A stretch of 64,000 nucleotides of DNA from Octopus sinensis (Eukaryota), in the NCBI RefSeq assembly GCF_006345805.1, contig NC_043005.1, positions 52,514,001 through 52,578,000 on the forward strand, given 5' to 3'. The notes under the pieces were generated by a model that ran no database searches, was not told where the DNA came from, and saw nothing but the letters and a program-made list of their open reading frames with translations. Position 1 is the first letter of the stretch. Each line of letters opens with the position of its first letter. Position numbers and translations under genes: made by a program. Below, in pieces: positions 49,459-62,951 of the stretch.

Positions 49459-49823
49459 TATATGTACATTGTTGGGATTGATTTATATACAGTTTAAATA
49501 GCTACTAAATATTCAGAGGAAACGGAGTTGGGAAGAAGAGCGATTGATGTAAATTCGATGAGTTTTATAAATAAATAGTTGGATAATAACTGGATGAAAA
49601 CGAATCTAGGATATCAAAACTAAAAACAATGCCGCCCCGCTAAATAAACAAAACGACAACAACAACAACAACAATAATAATAATAGCAACAACGGAATAA
49701 ATAAAGGAAGGAAACAAGACAAAAACAAACAATACAAGCACAAATAATATGAAATATCTAGAGTCATGTCCGTCATCACTCATAAAAACCAAATGAAGGA
49801 ACAGTATTTAATTATACAATATA

Positions 49824-49911
<88 letters not shown>

Positions 49912-49970
49912 TTGTTTTGTATGTATGTATGTATGTATGTATGTATGTATATGTCTATGTACGTATGTAT
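48620..49970. repeat. Three TA/TG-rich microsatellites (48620-48930, 49340-49465, 49820-49970)
   Basis: Direct observation. Confidence 0.9.
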
Positions 49971-50214
49971 ATAAAACGAAAAAATAGCAAAAAGTACACA
50001 AGCCAGAAGAAAAAACACACAACATGTTATACGAATAGTTAAAAAGAGAGAACAAAACAGAAACGAACAAATTATCGGATGGATTAGGAGGAGCTGAAGA
50101 CCCTAAGTAAAAACAAAACATAAATAAATGGAAGAAAAGATATAAAAATAAATAATTCCTCATCATGAGAAATCAAAAGCTAAACTTAACGGACGCCGAA
50201 AACTTTAGCACATT

Positions 50215-50223
50215 GCACATATA

Positions 50224-50272
<49 letters not shown>

Positions 50273-50796
50273 GCGTGTGTGCGTATGTGTGTATGTGCAT
50301 TTATGTGTGTATATGCGTATGTGTGTGTATATATATATATATATGAATATATATGTGCATATGTATATATATATATGTATATATGTATATCTATATGTGT
50401 ATATGTATATATATGTACATATATATATATATGGATGTATATATATGTATATATATGTATGTATGCGTATATAAATGTATATGCATATGTATGTATACAT
50501 ATGTATATGTATACATATATATGTATATATGTATAAGTAAATATATGTATATATGTATATATATGTATATATGTATATATATATGTATATATATGTACAT
50601 ATATATGTAAATATGAATGTATATATGTATGTATATATATGTATATATATATATATATATATGTACATATATGTATATATATATATATATGTACATATAT
50701 ATGTATATATACATATGTATGTGTATATATATGTGTAAATATATATATGTATACATATATTTATATATAGATATATATATATATCTACGTATATGC

Positions 50797-50828
<32 letters not shown>

Positions 50829-51360
50829 GTATATGTATATATATATGTCAATATCTATATATATGTATATGTATATATATGCATATATATATGTATATAT
50901 ATATATATATATGTATATATATGTGTGTATATGTATATATATATATATATATATCGTATATATGTGTATATATATATGTATATTTATATATATATGTATA
51001 TATATGTATATATATGTGTGTATATATATGTATATATATGCGTATATACATGTATATGTATGCATTTATGTATATATATATGTCAATATCTATATATATG
51101 TATATATATATATATATATAATATATATATATATTATATATATGATCAGATATATATGTGTAATATATATAATTATAAGCATAATCAAATCTTTTTGCAT
51201 CTTTGGAAGGTGATGATGTATATACTCTTTGACATATATATATATATATATATATACATTGATGTATATATAGATATTTAGATAGATACTTACCCACACA
51301 GTTACACACGCACACGCACACACACAGACACACACACAAATATATATAAGTGATGATTAT
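50215..51360. repeat. About 1.15-kb degenerate (TA)n/(TATG)n alternating purine-pyrimidine tract
   Basis: Direct observation; source of all I/Y/M/C/V/H ORFs at 50165-51339. Confidence 0.97.
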
Positions 51361-51667
51361 TTATCTATATGTGTGTGTGTATTAGTATTTATATATATTT
51401 GAATTATGGAATTAATAACTAGACAAATACAGAATTATTGTTGGTGATGAAAATGTACTGAAAACACGCGGCGAAAGTAACAAAAATATTTATTAAAAGT
51501 GTTTATTCTGTTTGCGACATAAAATATGATATATAAAACAATGGTTTTCACAAGGAAGATTCAGACGGGGTACAAATATCTATGACATCAATGATAAAAA
51601 ATTACGAATCTAACAAAGCATTAACACCCACGCACACATATATGTTGTGTTGATATATATATATACT

Positions 51668-51705
<38 letters not shown>

Positions 51706-52111
51706 ATATCATTCACAAAAAACTAACTATGTTGTGTTGTAATATACCCACCGGCAATTCGCTTACTTAGATAAACTAACGCTAACCATTAATGTGTTTC
51801 ATGTTCCACTTCTGCCGTCACTTGAACGCGTCCTGACCAGGCTTAAAATGTCGCCCATATGTTTTGAGCGCATTGCGCAGCTTTTCAAACAAACGTGTTT
51901 TATCATATCGCCTGGTCGATCCATGCACTGTATGTTAGATTGTTTAGACACAATGAATATGAAGTCAGTCGCATGGATTTAATTGCTTTTTTTTATGACA
52001 GACGATATAGCTTCTGATTTCAAACCGTAAGTTACACGTTAGGTGCTTTTTCCAAGTCCACTACGTAGAATTTTCGTACAAGGTATGATCTGAGAGCATC
52101 TAGAAACTTGA

Positions 52112-52420
52112 GCGTGCGTAGCTTGGTGGTGAAGGTGCTCGGCTCACGATCGTAAGATTGTGAGATTGATTCCCCGTGACGTGTTGTGTCCTTGAGCAAG
52201 TTGCTTTATTTCATGTTGCACCTGTCCCCTAACCTGAGAAAAATGAGTTAAACCTGTAATTCAAAGGCTCAGAGTTGTCTCATTCTAAGTCCCCTCAGAA
52301 CTACGTTAGGGTTACGCATGGCTGCGGAGTGCTCAGCCACTTGCGCGTTAACTTCACGAGCAGGATGTATCGTTGATTGGATCAACCGGAACACCCGTCG
52401 TCGTAACCGACGGAGTGCCA
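52112..52420 (+). mobile_element. tRNA-derived SINE family C
   Basis: Collinear with 10831-11160 (GAACTACGTTAGGG, GGAGTGCTCAGCCACTTGC, TCGTCGTAACCGACGGAG). Confidence 0.88.
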
Positions 52421-52929
52421 GTTAACTTTTAGGCGCATGCTCTTCCCTCTTCAGCAACATGAGAATCCTTGTTGATCTTCGCTTTTCTTTCCCCACATAT
52501 GCTTCATATACACTGCCCCCCAAAAATGATGTTGTTCTAACTACTGTCCGAACAGTAAACTCCCTTCTTCAAATACTAGGTTAATATGTACGTTCCATTA
52601 GCATGAACCTCGAGTACTACACAACAGAATCGGTAAATTTTCAGTTAAAATATACAGGTACATATTTTTGTGAAAATGACCTCCACACCGTTCGAAGGCA
52701 ATATTTTGTATTTTAACGCTAAGGGAAGTAACTTCATGTAAGTTATTGTAATAGCGTTGACGTTTCACCGCTACCATGATATCCAACGTAATTTTTTTCT
52801 TTTAATATTAGTTTAAAAGCTGAGTCAGTGAAGAGGAGTTACAACGAGATGGAATCCCTAAGCGGTTTAAATGCACAAGTCTTCGATAAAGAGTATCAAC
52901 AAAATGACACCCAGCAGTCTTTAATTCTT

Positions 52930-53170
52930 GTGAATTTTGGATAAATTCCTCGACCCCCCCACATAGAATCTTTCATAGAAATGTGTGTTCCTCACCCTCC
53001 CAGTAATTCACATTCCATCACCGAACCCCAGACAATGGTCAACATCTTTCGCAGTATGCACGCACCCTACTCCGACTTTACGATTTTTATTTCACTTCGT
53101 ATACCACTATGTACGCACATTGTACTGTGTGTATTTAGGAATTATTTTCGTGTTCTGTGTGGTAAGAGTG
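52930..53170 (-). pseudogene. Disrupted copy of a coding-like segment (duplicate of 53850-54130)
   Basis: Minus frame WYTK*NKNRKVGVGCVHTAKDVDHCLGFGDGM*ITGRVRNTHFYERFYVG/VEEFIQN has two TGA stops and a +1 G frameshift. Confidence 0.6.
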
Positions 53171-53790
53171 TAAGAAGTTAAGGGCCGAAACACTTGCCTG
53201 AGGGGGCGGCTCTTCTCTGAAGACCTTCTGCTGTTCAGCACTCTTGAGAGTTTCTTACTACCCTTACGTTCCTTTGCATTCTCATTTCTGTTCTTTTCGG
53301 TCTTTCCTCTATGTTTAATCATATCGAAGTCGACGACACTAAAATGTCGATTTAAACGAATATGCCTAACTTGAAAATTGTTAGTATTATTGTCGTACCT
53401 AGTAACAGCCCTTTGCATTATAAGACAACTTCAATAGTGTTTGCTTAATATTACTTCATTTCGAGGTGGATATAGTACTATGCAAGTGGTAGTTGTGGCA
53501 GAAGCATGAGAGCGTAGGACAAAATGCATTGTGGGCTTTTTTATGGCTCTTTACGTTCTGGTTTAACTCCCACCTATACTTCATTCATTAGGTGCTTACA
53601 CGGAGGGTGTAATCTACCCATCTATGATGTTACAGCCACAACATTTCGACGTGGTATTCTTTGATCTTGTTTCACTCGGTAGCGTTCTCATTCCATTATC
53701 TTTCATATTCTCCTTTTTTGTTGTTTTTTTTTTACTACTTGTCGTGTTCCTAATTTGATACATTGCAACCTAAAGTATATCAGTGTATTA

Positions 53791-53833
<43 letters not shown>

Positions 53834-53849
53834 TTTAAACATGAAAATT

Positions 53850-54077
53850 TCAATAAATACCTTCATTTCTTACAGGAAGAGTCGATGCATCATAAACAAT
53901 CGGACTACTTTGAATAAATTCTTCAACCCTCGCACAGAATCTTTCATAGAAAATTGTGTTCCTCACCCTCCCAGTAATTTTCATTCCATCACCAAACCTC
54001 AGGTAATGATCAACATCTTTTGCGGTATGTACGCACCCTACTCCGACATTACGATTCTTATTCCACTTCGTATACCA
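53850..54077 (-). other. Open 75-codon coding-like segment of unknown origin (LINE ORF2 terminus or exon)
   Basis: WYTKWNKNRNVGVGCVHTAKDVDHYLRFGDGMKITGRVRNTIFYERFCARVEEFIQSSPIVYDASTLPVRNEGIY*; 9 synonymous differences versus the nearby copy; followed by (ATT)n on the sense strand. Confidence 0.5.
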
Positions 54078-54139
54078 CTATGTACGCACATTGTACTGAG
54101 GGTATTTAGGAATTATTTTCGTGTTCTGTGTGGTAAGAT

Positions 54140-54360
54140 GTTTACTTCCCAACCACAATGGTTCTGGGTTCAGTCCCATTGAGTGGCATTTTAGGTAAGT
54201 GTCTTCGTCTACAGCCTTATATTTTCCCACAGCTTTGGGTTTCCCCGATACAGTAAATACCAGGCTTTAAAAAATAAAATAAACATTAGCATTGGGGTTG
54301 AGTCCTTCATCTAAAAATTCTTTAAGATGATGTCCCAGCGTGGCTGCAGTCTAATAAAAA
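54140..54360 (+). mobile_element. SINE family A with an internal deletion
   Basis: GGTTCTGGGTTCAGTCCCA head joined to the CCCAGCGTGGCTGCAGTCTAAT tail. Confidence 0.75.
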
Positions 54361-55059
54361 ATATATGTAAAAGTAGTCGTGTTCCTTATTTATTTATTTG
54401 CTGGGTTTTTTAAAAAATCTTTTTATTTTTTCGTTTGGAAAATATTCGTCGGGTCGCATTCTAACACGTTTCTTTCAAATAGTTAAAGTTTGTTTTAAAA
54501 TTCCTTGCAAATACGAGGTGACAATGACCTAAAGAATGAAAATAAACTATATTATAATATTGAAGAGAAATATTTAAATTTTGCTTAATTTTCAATATTA
54601 CCTCTCCTCTAACACGCCCACTCGAAAATGAAATAGAGATGAAGGTGTCTTTCAGGAAACACGCGTGAGAGGTTGATTCAAATACTACCAAATTCTATTT
54701 GAATCTAGATTCAGTACAATCAGATTTCTTATTTTGACAATCGCTTAACCCTTTTTACCGCTAGAAGAGAACAAACTGATCGAGTTTTATCATAGGTTTC
54801 GCCTTCAACTATAAATGTTCTATTATTTTATCGTTAGTGCTTAATAGAAAAGAATGTTACACAGTCCTACTCGATCTTTACTTCTCTTTGACCAGAGACG
54901 TTCGTCTGACTTGAACTCTGACAGCGATTTCATTTGTCAGTACTTAAAGATCTAACATCTTTTTAAGTATTGCTTCAGCAAATTTTACCTTCAATGCTAT
55001 CATTTTGTCTATAGATTAAATTCTTCTTCAATACAAGCACACACAAACACGCCTGCGTA

Positions 55060-55069
55060 TATACATACA

Positions 55070-55117
<48 letters not shown>

Positions 55118-55159
55118 CGTATATGTGTGCATGTATAGGTATATATATATGTACATATG

Positions 55160-55195
<36 letters not shown>

Positions 55196-55243
55196 ATATT
55201 ATATATATATGTATATATATATATGTGTGTGTACATATATATA

Positions 55244-55286
<43 letters not shown>

Positions 55287-55310
55287 ATATATATATGAAC
55301 GTAAGTATAT
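55060..55310. repeat. (TA)n-rich microsatellite
   Basis: Direct observation. Confidence 0.95.
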
Positions 55311-58300
55311 GTACACTTGTATAGAGACGCATCTACACATCACAAAGACATAAATACTGACAATGACATCAAAGCTCAGCTTTTCTTACTTCTGTGGCAA
55401 TAAATAGGCCAAATATACGATCAGAGGTTAGTATCTTTAATTCGGCCAACGATAGTAACCACTACATGAACATAAATAAAAGAATATCTCGCTATTTTTC
55501 GGTATTTACTCGAGCTTATCGACCATTCGTATGTTTCCGAAATCTTTACAGTCTCCTTGATGGTCTTGTGTCTTGCCGTTATTTTTACAGCGTCCTTTCT
55601 GTTTCGTACCGTCTTTTTAGCTGCCAATAATTCTTTCATATTTCCTCTTTATTTTCCCCTGTCGGACTGAAAAACTGCCACGTAATTCTTGCTTCTTCCA
55701 TAGCTACTGTTTGAAAAGTGTAACAGTATTGCACTGTCCTATGTAATCAACTTAAATAATCTTCTCCTTCCACTTTTACATTATTTTTATTTTAGCCAGT
55801 GATCAGAGAAAGATGACCAGTCGGAATGTTTGTCAATACGCCTTTCTTTGCTAACCTTCCCAAACATAATTTTTACGACTGGTTTTTGAAACCCATCCTC
55901 TTTTTAATTGACATCTAAGAACTTATCTTATTGTCCCTTCCAGTTTCTAGGTCATAACTACCGGGGAACCGATTATGCACTTTAGACGGTTTATCATTTG
56001 ACATAAATCAGTAGCAAACGTGTGTTATTTCCCGTAAAATTTTACGCATATTCACTTCAAGAAACATAAGAAATTATGTGTCTCCAGAAAGTCTTCTGAA
56101 TGTCAGCTCAGAAATGTAATAATTGCACTTAAGTGGAAAGTTCCCTATTTCTAAACCTTAGGTTGTTTTAGACAGAGATCTAGTTACGTTAACGCAACAC
56201 AAGATATAAATTTTTCTTATGAGTTCTTTCCTTAAATAGTTAGAATTACCATAAAATCTCTTTCAGTATTTCAGCCAGAAATAAGGATATATTTTACATT
56301 ATTCAATTCGAGGGAAAAGGGCATTACAAGACTGATAGAAATGGATGGATATTCCGTCGTCTGAAAGTTCATTGCCTATGAGATGATAAGCGCCATGTCG
56401 GAACTAAGCAATCAAATTATAGCCAAAATTGTCTCTCCACCCATGACTGCTATTTCCAGCTATCAGAATTTATTTAATTTTAACCTTTTTTGCTGTTGAC
56501 ATCATTACCCTTAACAGAGAAACACAGTTTTATGAACTGTACCAGTCTGTCTTTTGTTGAAGAATGTCATGTTTAAAACCAATTTTCGTTGAGAAATTTC
56601 AAGTTTATTGTGGCAACGTGGCCTGCTGAAAATACCAATTCTATTTTTTTGGTAGATATTTATCTTTACTGGAATAACTATGCAATTTATTTTCGCAGCT
56701 AAAGGGTTATCATTTAATATTAAAGCACCACGAAATAGATTAAATTCTATTAAGAAAAAATACCGATCAGATTCTGAATCTACAAGAATGGTTCTATAAA
56801 GGTTAGCCGAATTAACAAGTAGTGAAACTATGGAAATTTTCGGTTTTGATAAGAATATTAGGGATGCAAATAAATTCAATACAGAACTGAAAATATATCT
56901 CTTACTTATCCTTGCGAGAACTCATACTTTGCTCAACAGCGTCAGCTGTTTGAGCCTTGTAATCATCCGTTTCGCGCTATTGTCGCTGCTTTAAGCACCG
57001 GAGCATATCCCCTTTGTGGTAGCTATGTACAATACAACCTCTATGTGTGTGCTGGACTAGCCGGAAATAACAACAAGGTTTGTTCTCATTTTATATTACT
57101 ACTTCTTAACTCTGATCCATATTACCCTGAGGGGCTCCACATATGGTTTTGTTGCTAAACTTTATATGCAATAAACTAGTTATACTTTAACACCTACATA
57201 AAATACTTTAATTTTTTCATAAAATTCATACATTTTTTTCATACAATTCATACAATTTTCATACAACATTTTCATAAAAATATAACAGGATTTAAAAAAA
57301 AAAAAAACATTGAATAGCTACGGTGTTCCAGTAGACTAGAATACGAATGAAAGGGGGCCGTAGGTTAAAAATGTTCGAGAACCCCTGATTTACACTGTCT
57401 AAAAATGGAACTGCATTTTGGATAACATAGTTTTGAATACACAATGTCGAACTAAAAGGCGGCCATGATATCATCACGTTTATTTCTATATCTGTTCGAT
57501 TAGAAATGATCCGAAGCTAAAGAAGAGTATGTGTACACTTGATCGGATTTGAACTTTGAGAATAAAGAATTACGGCCAGAAGTTCAGTACAATGCTGGTC
57601 ATAGCTTGTCTGTTTTCCCAGAACGTTATCAATTTAGCGTTGCAAACTCCTTCATTTGACAAAATTTTACGATTGTATCGAAGTAAACTTTTGTCTCGAT
57701 ATAACGACTTTATATACACAAAAGCTTCAGTTTGTTTCAAGCCACATATTGTTTTTTTTTATTTTTGTAAGGGAGATAATTGAGTTGTATTTATATAAAT
57801 CTCGACGTACTGCCGTCACTGTGGCACCTGCAAAATATTATTTATACAACCTAAATTAAATCCCGACATATAGAAATAAGATTAGGAAATAATCATATGA
57901 AATTCTACAATCTATATGCAATGAAAATGTGTTCAATTCCAAGCTCTATCGAAGATTGGAATTTGTTTGGTTTCTTTATTCTGGAGGTGCTTTAAGTTAC
58001 GAAACTAATTATATTTCTAAACTCGTAAGACCTAGCCGCTGGACATTTTTGTTTCAAATAACGGAGAAAAGATTTAAATCTTATGCTAAATTTGATTGAA
58101 TCAAGACTTCTATCATATTATTTCTTTTGATTAATATTGTTGTTCAGGTAATGTTTGTTGTAGTTGTTGTTGTTCAATGTTGATTTCTGTTACTTCTTTA
58201 ACTTTTAAAATTATTGTTTCTTTCACTGTATTTAGAATATCTCGACTGATCTATTATTCATATTGCAAATTTGATTTCAAAGGTTCTTGTTAGCTTTTCT

Positions 58301-58479
58301 GTGTTTGTTAACATCTCTGAGAATTCTCTTAACGAGCTAAGTCCCGGAAGAAGCGGAAAAAATTGCCCACATTATATGGATGACCCCCGTATTGATACGT
58401 GGCAAATTTATCAAGACTCTACAATTGTCTAGTGTTCAAAGGATAGTAAATCTGCGATATTTACAATTACAGGACTTCT

Positions 58480-58571
58480 ATCCATATATATATATATATA
58501 TATATTATATATAATATATATATATATATATTATATATATATATATATACAAGATATATGTATATATATAT

Positions 58572-58606
<35 letters not shown>

Positions 58607-58766
58607 AGATATATATATATATATACAAGATATATGTATATATATATATATGTATATATATATAAATATATATACGTATATACATATTTATATACATATA
58701 CACGAATATGTATGTGCATATATATATATATATATGTATATATGTTATATATATATATGTATAACT

Positions 58767-58808
<42 letters not shown>

Positions 58809-58952
58809 GTGTATATATATATATTTGTATATATATATATATACATACACACATACACACATATACACATGTACATATTTATATACATATATATATATGT
58901 ATATATACATATATGTATGTATATGTATATATACACACATACACACTCACAT

Positions 58953-59005
<53 letters not shown>

Positions 59006-59011
59006 TGTGTG

Positions 59012-59042
<31 letters not shown>

Positions 59043-59050
59043 ATATGTAC
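58480..59050. repeat. (TA)n/(CA)n/(TATG)n degenerate microsatellite
   Basis: Direct observation. Confidence 0.95.
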
Positions 59051-59519
59051 GGTAGCTTAAGAATAATTCGGCCAGCATCACATTAATTTCAGCAAACTGA
59101 ACCAAATGACTTCTCTCTTTAAATTAAAGACGATAATAACAAAAACAGGATTTAGACATTAACTGTGGAAGACAATCTAATCAACTTTACGTTTCACACA
59201 TCATGTGGGAGTTTTAACGGAACACTTTTGCGCTTTGATGTCTTGCTCTTTTAAATCACTCATACCGAAACTTATGCCCAAACGTTATCAGAGACAGCTT
59301 ATTACAATGAACATTGATTTTCCCTCGGTGCCAGCTTCCATACTCCATGATCGTTCTTTTAGCTTCTCTGTTTAATTCTCATACTTAATCTGAATACTTA
59401 ATACATACTAATTTCTTACGACACTTTTCACGTATATAAGAATACTTACAGCCTATGTTTAGCTGTATTATAGTGATTGCTTTTGCAGTGAAGTACTCTT
59501 TTGTCATCGTTACGGTAGT

Positions 59520-59630
59520 CGGGGCAGCAGTAGCAGTAGCAGCAGCAGCAACAGCAGTGGTAGTAGTAGTAATAGTAGTAGTAGTAGTAGTAGTAGTAGT
59601 GGCAACAGCAGCTGCAGTAGTAGTAGTAGT

Positions 59631-59680
<50 letters not shown>

Positions 59681-59745
59681 TAGTAGTAGCGGGGGGAGTG
59701 GTGATGGTCGTGGTAATGGTAGTGGTGGTGGTGGCGTTATTGTTT
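59520..59745. repeat. (GTA)n/(GCA)n/(GTG)n mosaic
   Basis: Direct observation; source of the poly-V/A ORF at 59455-59760. Confidence 0.95.
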
Positions 59746-60192
59746 CTTCTATTGGGATAAATGCTTGCTTTCTATACAGATATCTCTGAGGAGAATAAAC
59801 AGTCGTTAATTCAGAAATATTTATCCCTTTAAAACAGAGCTATATATATTTATATTCAATGTTATTTACTGACTTTCAATATTTATGACTAAATTACAAA
59901 CTACCGAGTTATATTGCCGTCTTAAAGGTTGAAAATTTTCCTAAGTGTTAGAAATTGTGATTGCCAAATACTAAAACGTTATTTGTAATAACAACTTACG
60001 TCTGTATAAGCGAGGCACTTGAGAGGTTCTCTACGCGATCGCTTAAGATGCTAGAAATAACAGCTAAATCTCTGACTAGCACTCTATCGTATAAACAGTG
60101 GAAATGAGGCATTGAACGTCTTACACACGTTGTCTTTCCTCTTGTTTCATCATTTATTTGTTTTAATGTTCGACAGCGGCCATGCTGGGCAC

Positions 60193-60410
60193 GGTGGAGA
60201 CGCGTGGCTTACTGGTTAGGGTGTAGGATTCATGATCGTAAGATTGTGGTTTCGATTCCTAAACTCGGAGACACTTTGCATTCTTGAGCAAAACACTTCA
60301 TTTTACGTTGCTGCAGTCCACTCAGCTAGCAAAAATGAGTAACCTTGCGATGGACATGGTGGAAAATATATATGCCATGGAAACCGAAAAACTGACCATT
60401 GAGAATCGGT
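60193..60410 (+). mobile_element. tRNA-derived SINE family C variant
   Basis: GGAGACGCGTGGCTTACTGGTTAGGG and GGTTTCGATTCC boxes; GCAGTCCACTCAGCTAGCAAAAATGAG body. Confidence 0.85.
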
Positions 60411-60679
60411 AGGACTTGAGAAGGTAATTTTGCCTTTACTTTTTCAATGCTGGGCACGACTTGAAGTCTTCATTTTTCGATTGACTAGTTTACGAAGAGA
60501 TAAATAAAACAAACACCCCTCATCAAAATGGTGTTGGGTGACACACACATATGCATAATACACAAACACTCACACATACACACACATACACATGTATAAA
60601 TTGTGATTTCGCTTAGGTATGGTGATACTAAGAACTAAATGTTAGAATGTAATATAGATATGCTTTGCAGGAGTGCGTG

Positions 60680-60875
60680 GGGGAGAATTTACAAAAACAA
60701 AAAAAAAATGAAGACAGGTGGTGTAGACAGCAATCATATGTCTTTAACGTTTCGAGCCTACGCTCTTCTACAAAAAGGAACACGGAGAGAAAATAAAGAA
60801 TGTATAGTGGCTAGCAATCCATCATGGCGAATGCCGGACAGAGATGTCACGCAGGAGAGCGAGGAAGAAGGGGAT
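60680..60875 (-). mobile_element. Short PLE-derived repeat with a decayed hammerhead motif (60741-60778)
   Basis: Minus CUUU UUGUAGA A GAGC GUAG GCUC GAAACGU U AAAG; flanks homologous to 17493-17675 and 4760-4850. Confidence 0.7.
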
Positions 60876-60919
60876 ATATATATATATATATTATATATAT
60901 ATATATATCCTTTGCTCTT

Positions 60920-61130
60920 TTATTCTTTTGCTTGTTTCAGTCATTTGACTGCAGCCATGCAGGAGTACCACCTTAAGTCGAACAATTCAACTCCAGGACT
61001 TATTCTTTGTAAGCCAAGTACTTGTTATTCTATCGGTCTTTTTTTACTGGACCACTAAGTCACGTGGACGTAAACACACCTATAGCGGTTTCAGGCGTTG
61101 GTGGGGGTACAAACACACATACACACACTT
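60920..61130 (-). mobile_element. SINE family A 3' half
   Basis: GTTTCAGTCATTTGACTGCAGCCATGCAGGAGTACCACC...TTATTCTATCGGTC followed by (CA)n. Confidence 0.85.
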
Positions 61131-61677
61131 GCATACATATCCAAACAATTGGATTGAACTCCAAAAAAACGTTGTTTCGAAGCGAACTACAGAAATACAA
61201 AGGTATGCCTGGAAACAGAAAAATATAACAAATGAAATGAACAATTTTGACATTAGGTACAATGAGTAAGATCTGACATGGGCGATGAACAACAACATAT
61301 TTCATGAAACAGCTAATTATGCCAATTACAAATGCCAGAAACGTAAAACATTTTAAGAAAATTGACTATACCATACCCTAAGGTACTGCTAATCAATATA
61401 TGTAGATAGTGATTTTGAGCCTGAAATTTAAACATGTAAAAGTAAATTACGAAAAGTTAAACTTACCATTAGCGGATGATGTGTGGTGTTCATGCATTTC
61501 CAGAGTGCTAATATAGATTTGCATCATTTCTCAACCGCTATCAGAAATGATATATTGTAAAGCTGATGAAACAGAAAACAAAGTGAAGTTTATCTAAATG
61601 ATCAGAATGGAGTTGCTTACTAACACATCCCAACTATCCAGAACCAAATGTTTTTCACCTTACTAATACTTTTATAG

Positions 61678-61935
61678 TGGTGGCGCAATGGCCCAGTGGT
61701 TAGGGCAGCGGCCTCGCGGTTTGGATTCCCAGACCGGGCGTTGTGCGTGTTTATTGAGTGAAAACACCTAAAGCTCCACGAGGCTCCGGCGACCCGTGTT
61801 GTACTCTTTCTTCCTGTTTCTTGAGTAACGCTGCGATAGACTGGCGTTCTGTCCAGCTGGGGTGAATACATACGCCATAGAAACCAGGAAACTGGGCCCG
61901 TGAGCCTGGCTAGGCTTGAAAAGGGCGCATAAATA
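61678..61935 (+). mobile_element. tRNA-derived SINE related to 28263-28568
   Basis: GCAATGGCCCAGTGGTTAGGGCAGCGG head, AAGCTCCACGAGGCTCCGGC, GCTGCGATAGACTGGCGTTCTGTCCAG and an A-rich tail. Confidence 0.87.
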
Positions 61936-62200
61936 AAAATAAAATTACTTTTATAATGTAACAGTGGTATTTGCTTCTTGGAGCAGTCTGGTTTTATGTT
62001 TCCTTCAAACGAGTCTATTATGACAATTCGTTTTTCCTACTCTCTCATTGCTTTGTCTCCCATCCTTATTTCCAGGACTGACCACAATACACAACCATTC
62101 TCACCAAATAAATAAATGAGTGGGAATTGAACCGGTGGGAATTGAAACAAAATTTCAGGGTGCATAGAGCCGAATCAAACTTATTAAAAAGTGATATTAG

Positions 62201-62254
<54 letters not shown>

Positions 62255-62797
62255 GTACCAGGCAGTGGCTCTCATGGCTTCTGATCTTAACTGATTGGAA
62301 GTGTTATCATGTACATTGTTTTGTCTTGGTATAAAAGATGGGCTACAGCAAATATTCTGCTCAATACCACAGATTTGCTTGTCAGTTGTTTGATCTTAAC
62401 CAGTTGAGCATGTCCCTTAGTGGCTGACGATATGTGCATCTCTGATCACGAGCAGAAGTAGTGGGGGAGCATCATAGCCATGTGTTGAGAGGGATTCTTT
62501 GGGGTTTGAATAGTTCACCTCTGGAAACATGGGTGGTTCTTTCAACATCCTTAAACAACCCTTATTCAGGGACCGTTTGAGCGGGATGGGCTACTCAACC
62601 TGAAGAAAATTCTAACTGGGCCCCACCTGCAAGGTCATGTGCTGTTTATCTTGATATGAGATCACCATGTCGCGCACATATGGTTGTGATGCATGTGCCT
62701 GGTGTACCTTTATCAGACGGGTAGTCATGATGGGTATATTGGGCTTCGTATATTTTACCCCAGTGTCACTTTGATGGCATGAACTGCTCTCTCACTC
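62255..62797. mobile_element. About 540-bp non-coding element flanked by (AAT)n on both sides
   Basis: Complex, GC-balanced block with sharp edges between (AAT)n at 62201-62253 and 62798-62818; no ORF of 60 aa or more and no clear Pol III boxes. Confidence 0.65.
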
Positions 62798-62951
62798 AAT
62801 AATAATAATAATAATAATGGAAGCAAATTTGAAAGAAGAAAAAAAAAGTAATAATAATGATGATAATAATAATAATAATAATAATTATAATAATAATAAT
62901 AAGGAGAAGAAGAAGAAGAAGAAGAAGAAGAAGAAGAAGAAGAAGAAGAAT

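Noticed and set aside
50165-51339. Long ORFs of 120-224 aa rich in I/Y/M/C/V/H
   Set aside because: They are translations of (TA)n/(TG)n tracts, which lack stop codons in most frames. The same applies at 2673-2999, 6682-7544, 22236-22695, 34413-34935, 55009-55353 and 58467-59060.
56640-56830. piggyBac transposase fragment (KIPIRF..YK)
   Set aside because: Only a few residues match, with many stops and no TTAA-flanked TIRs found.
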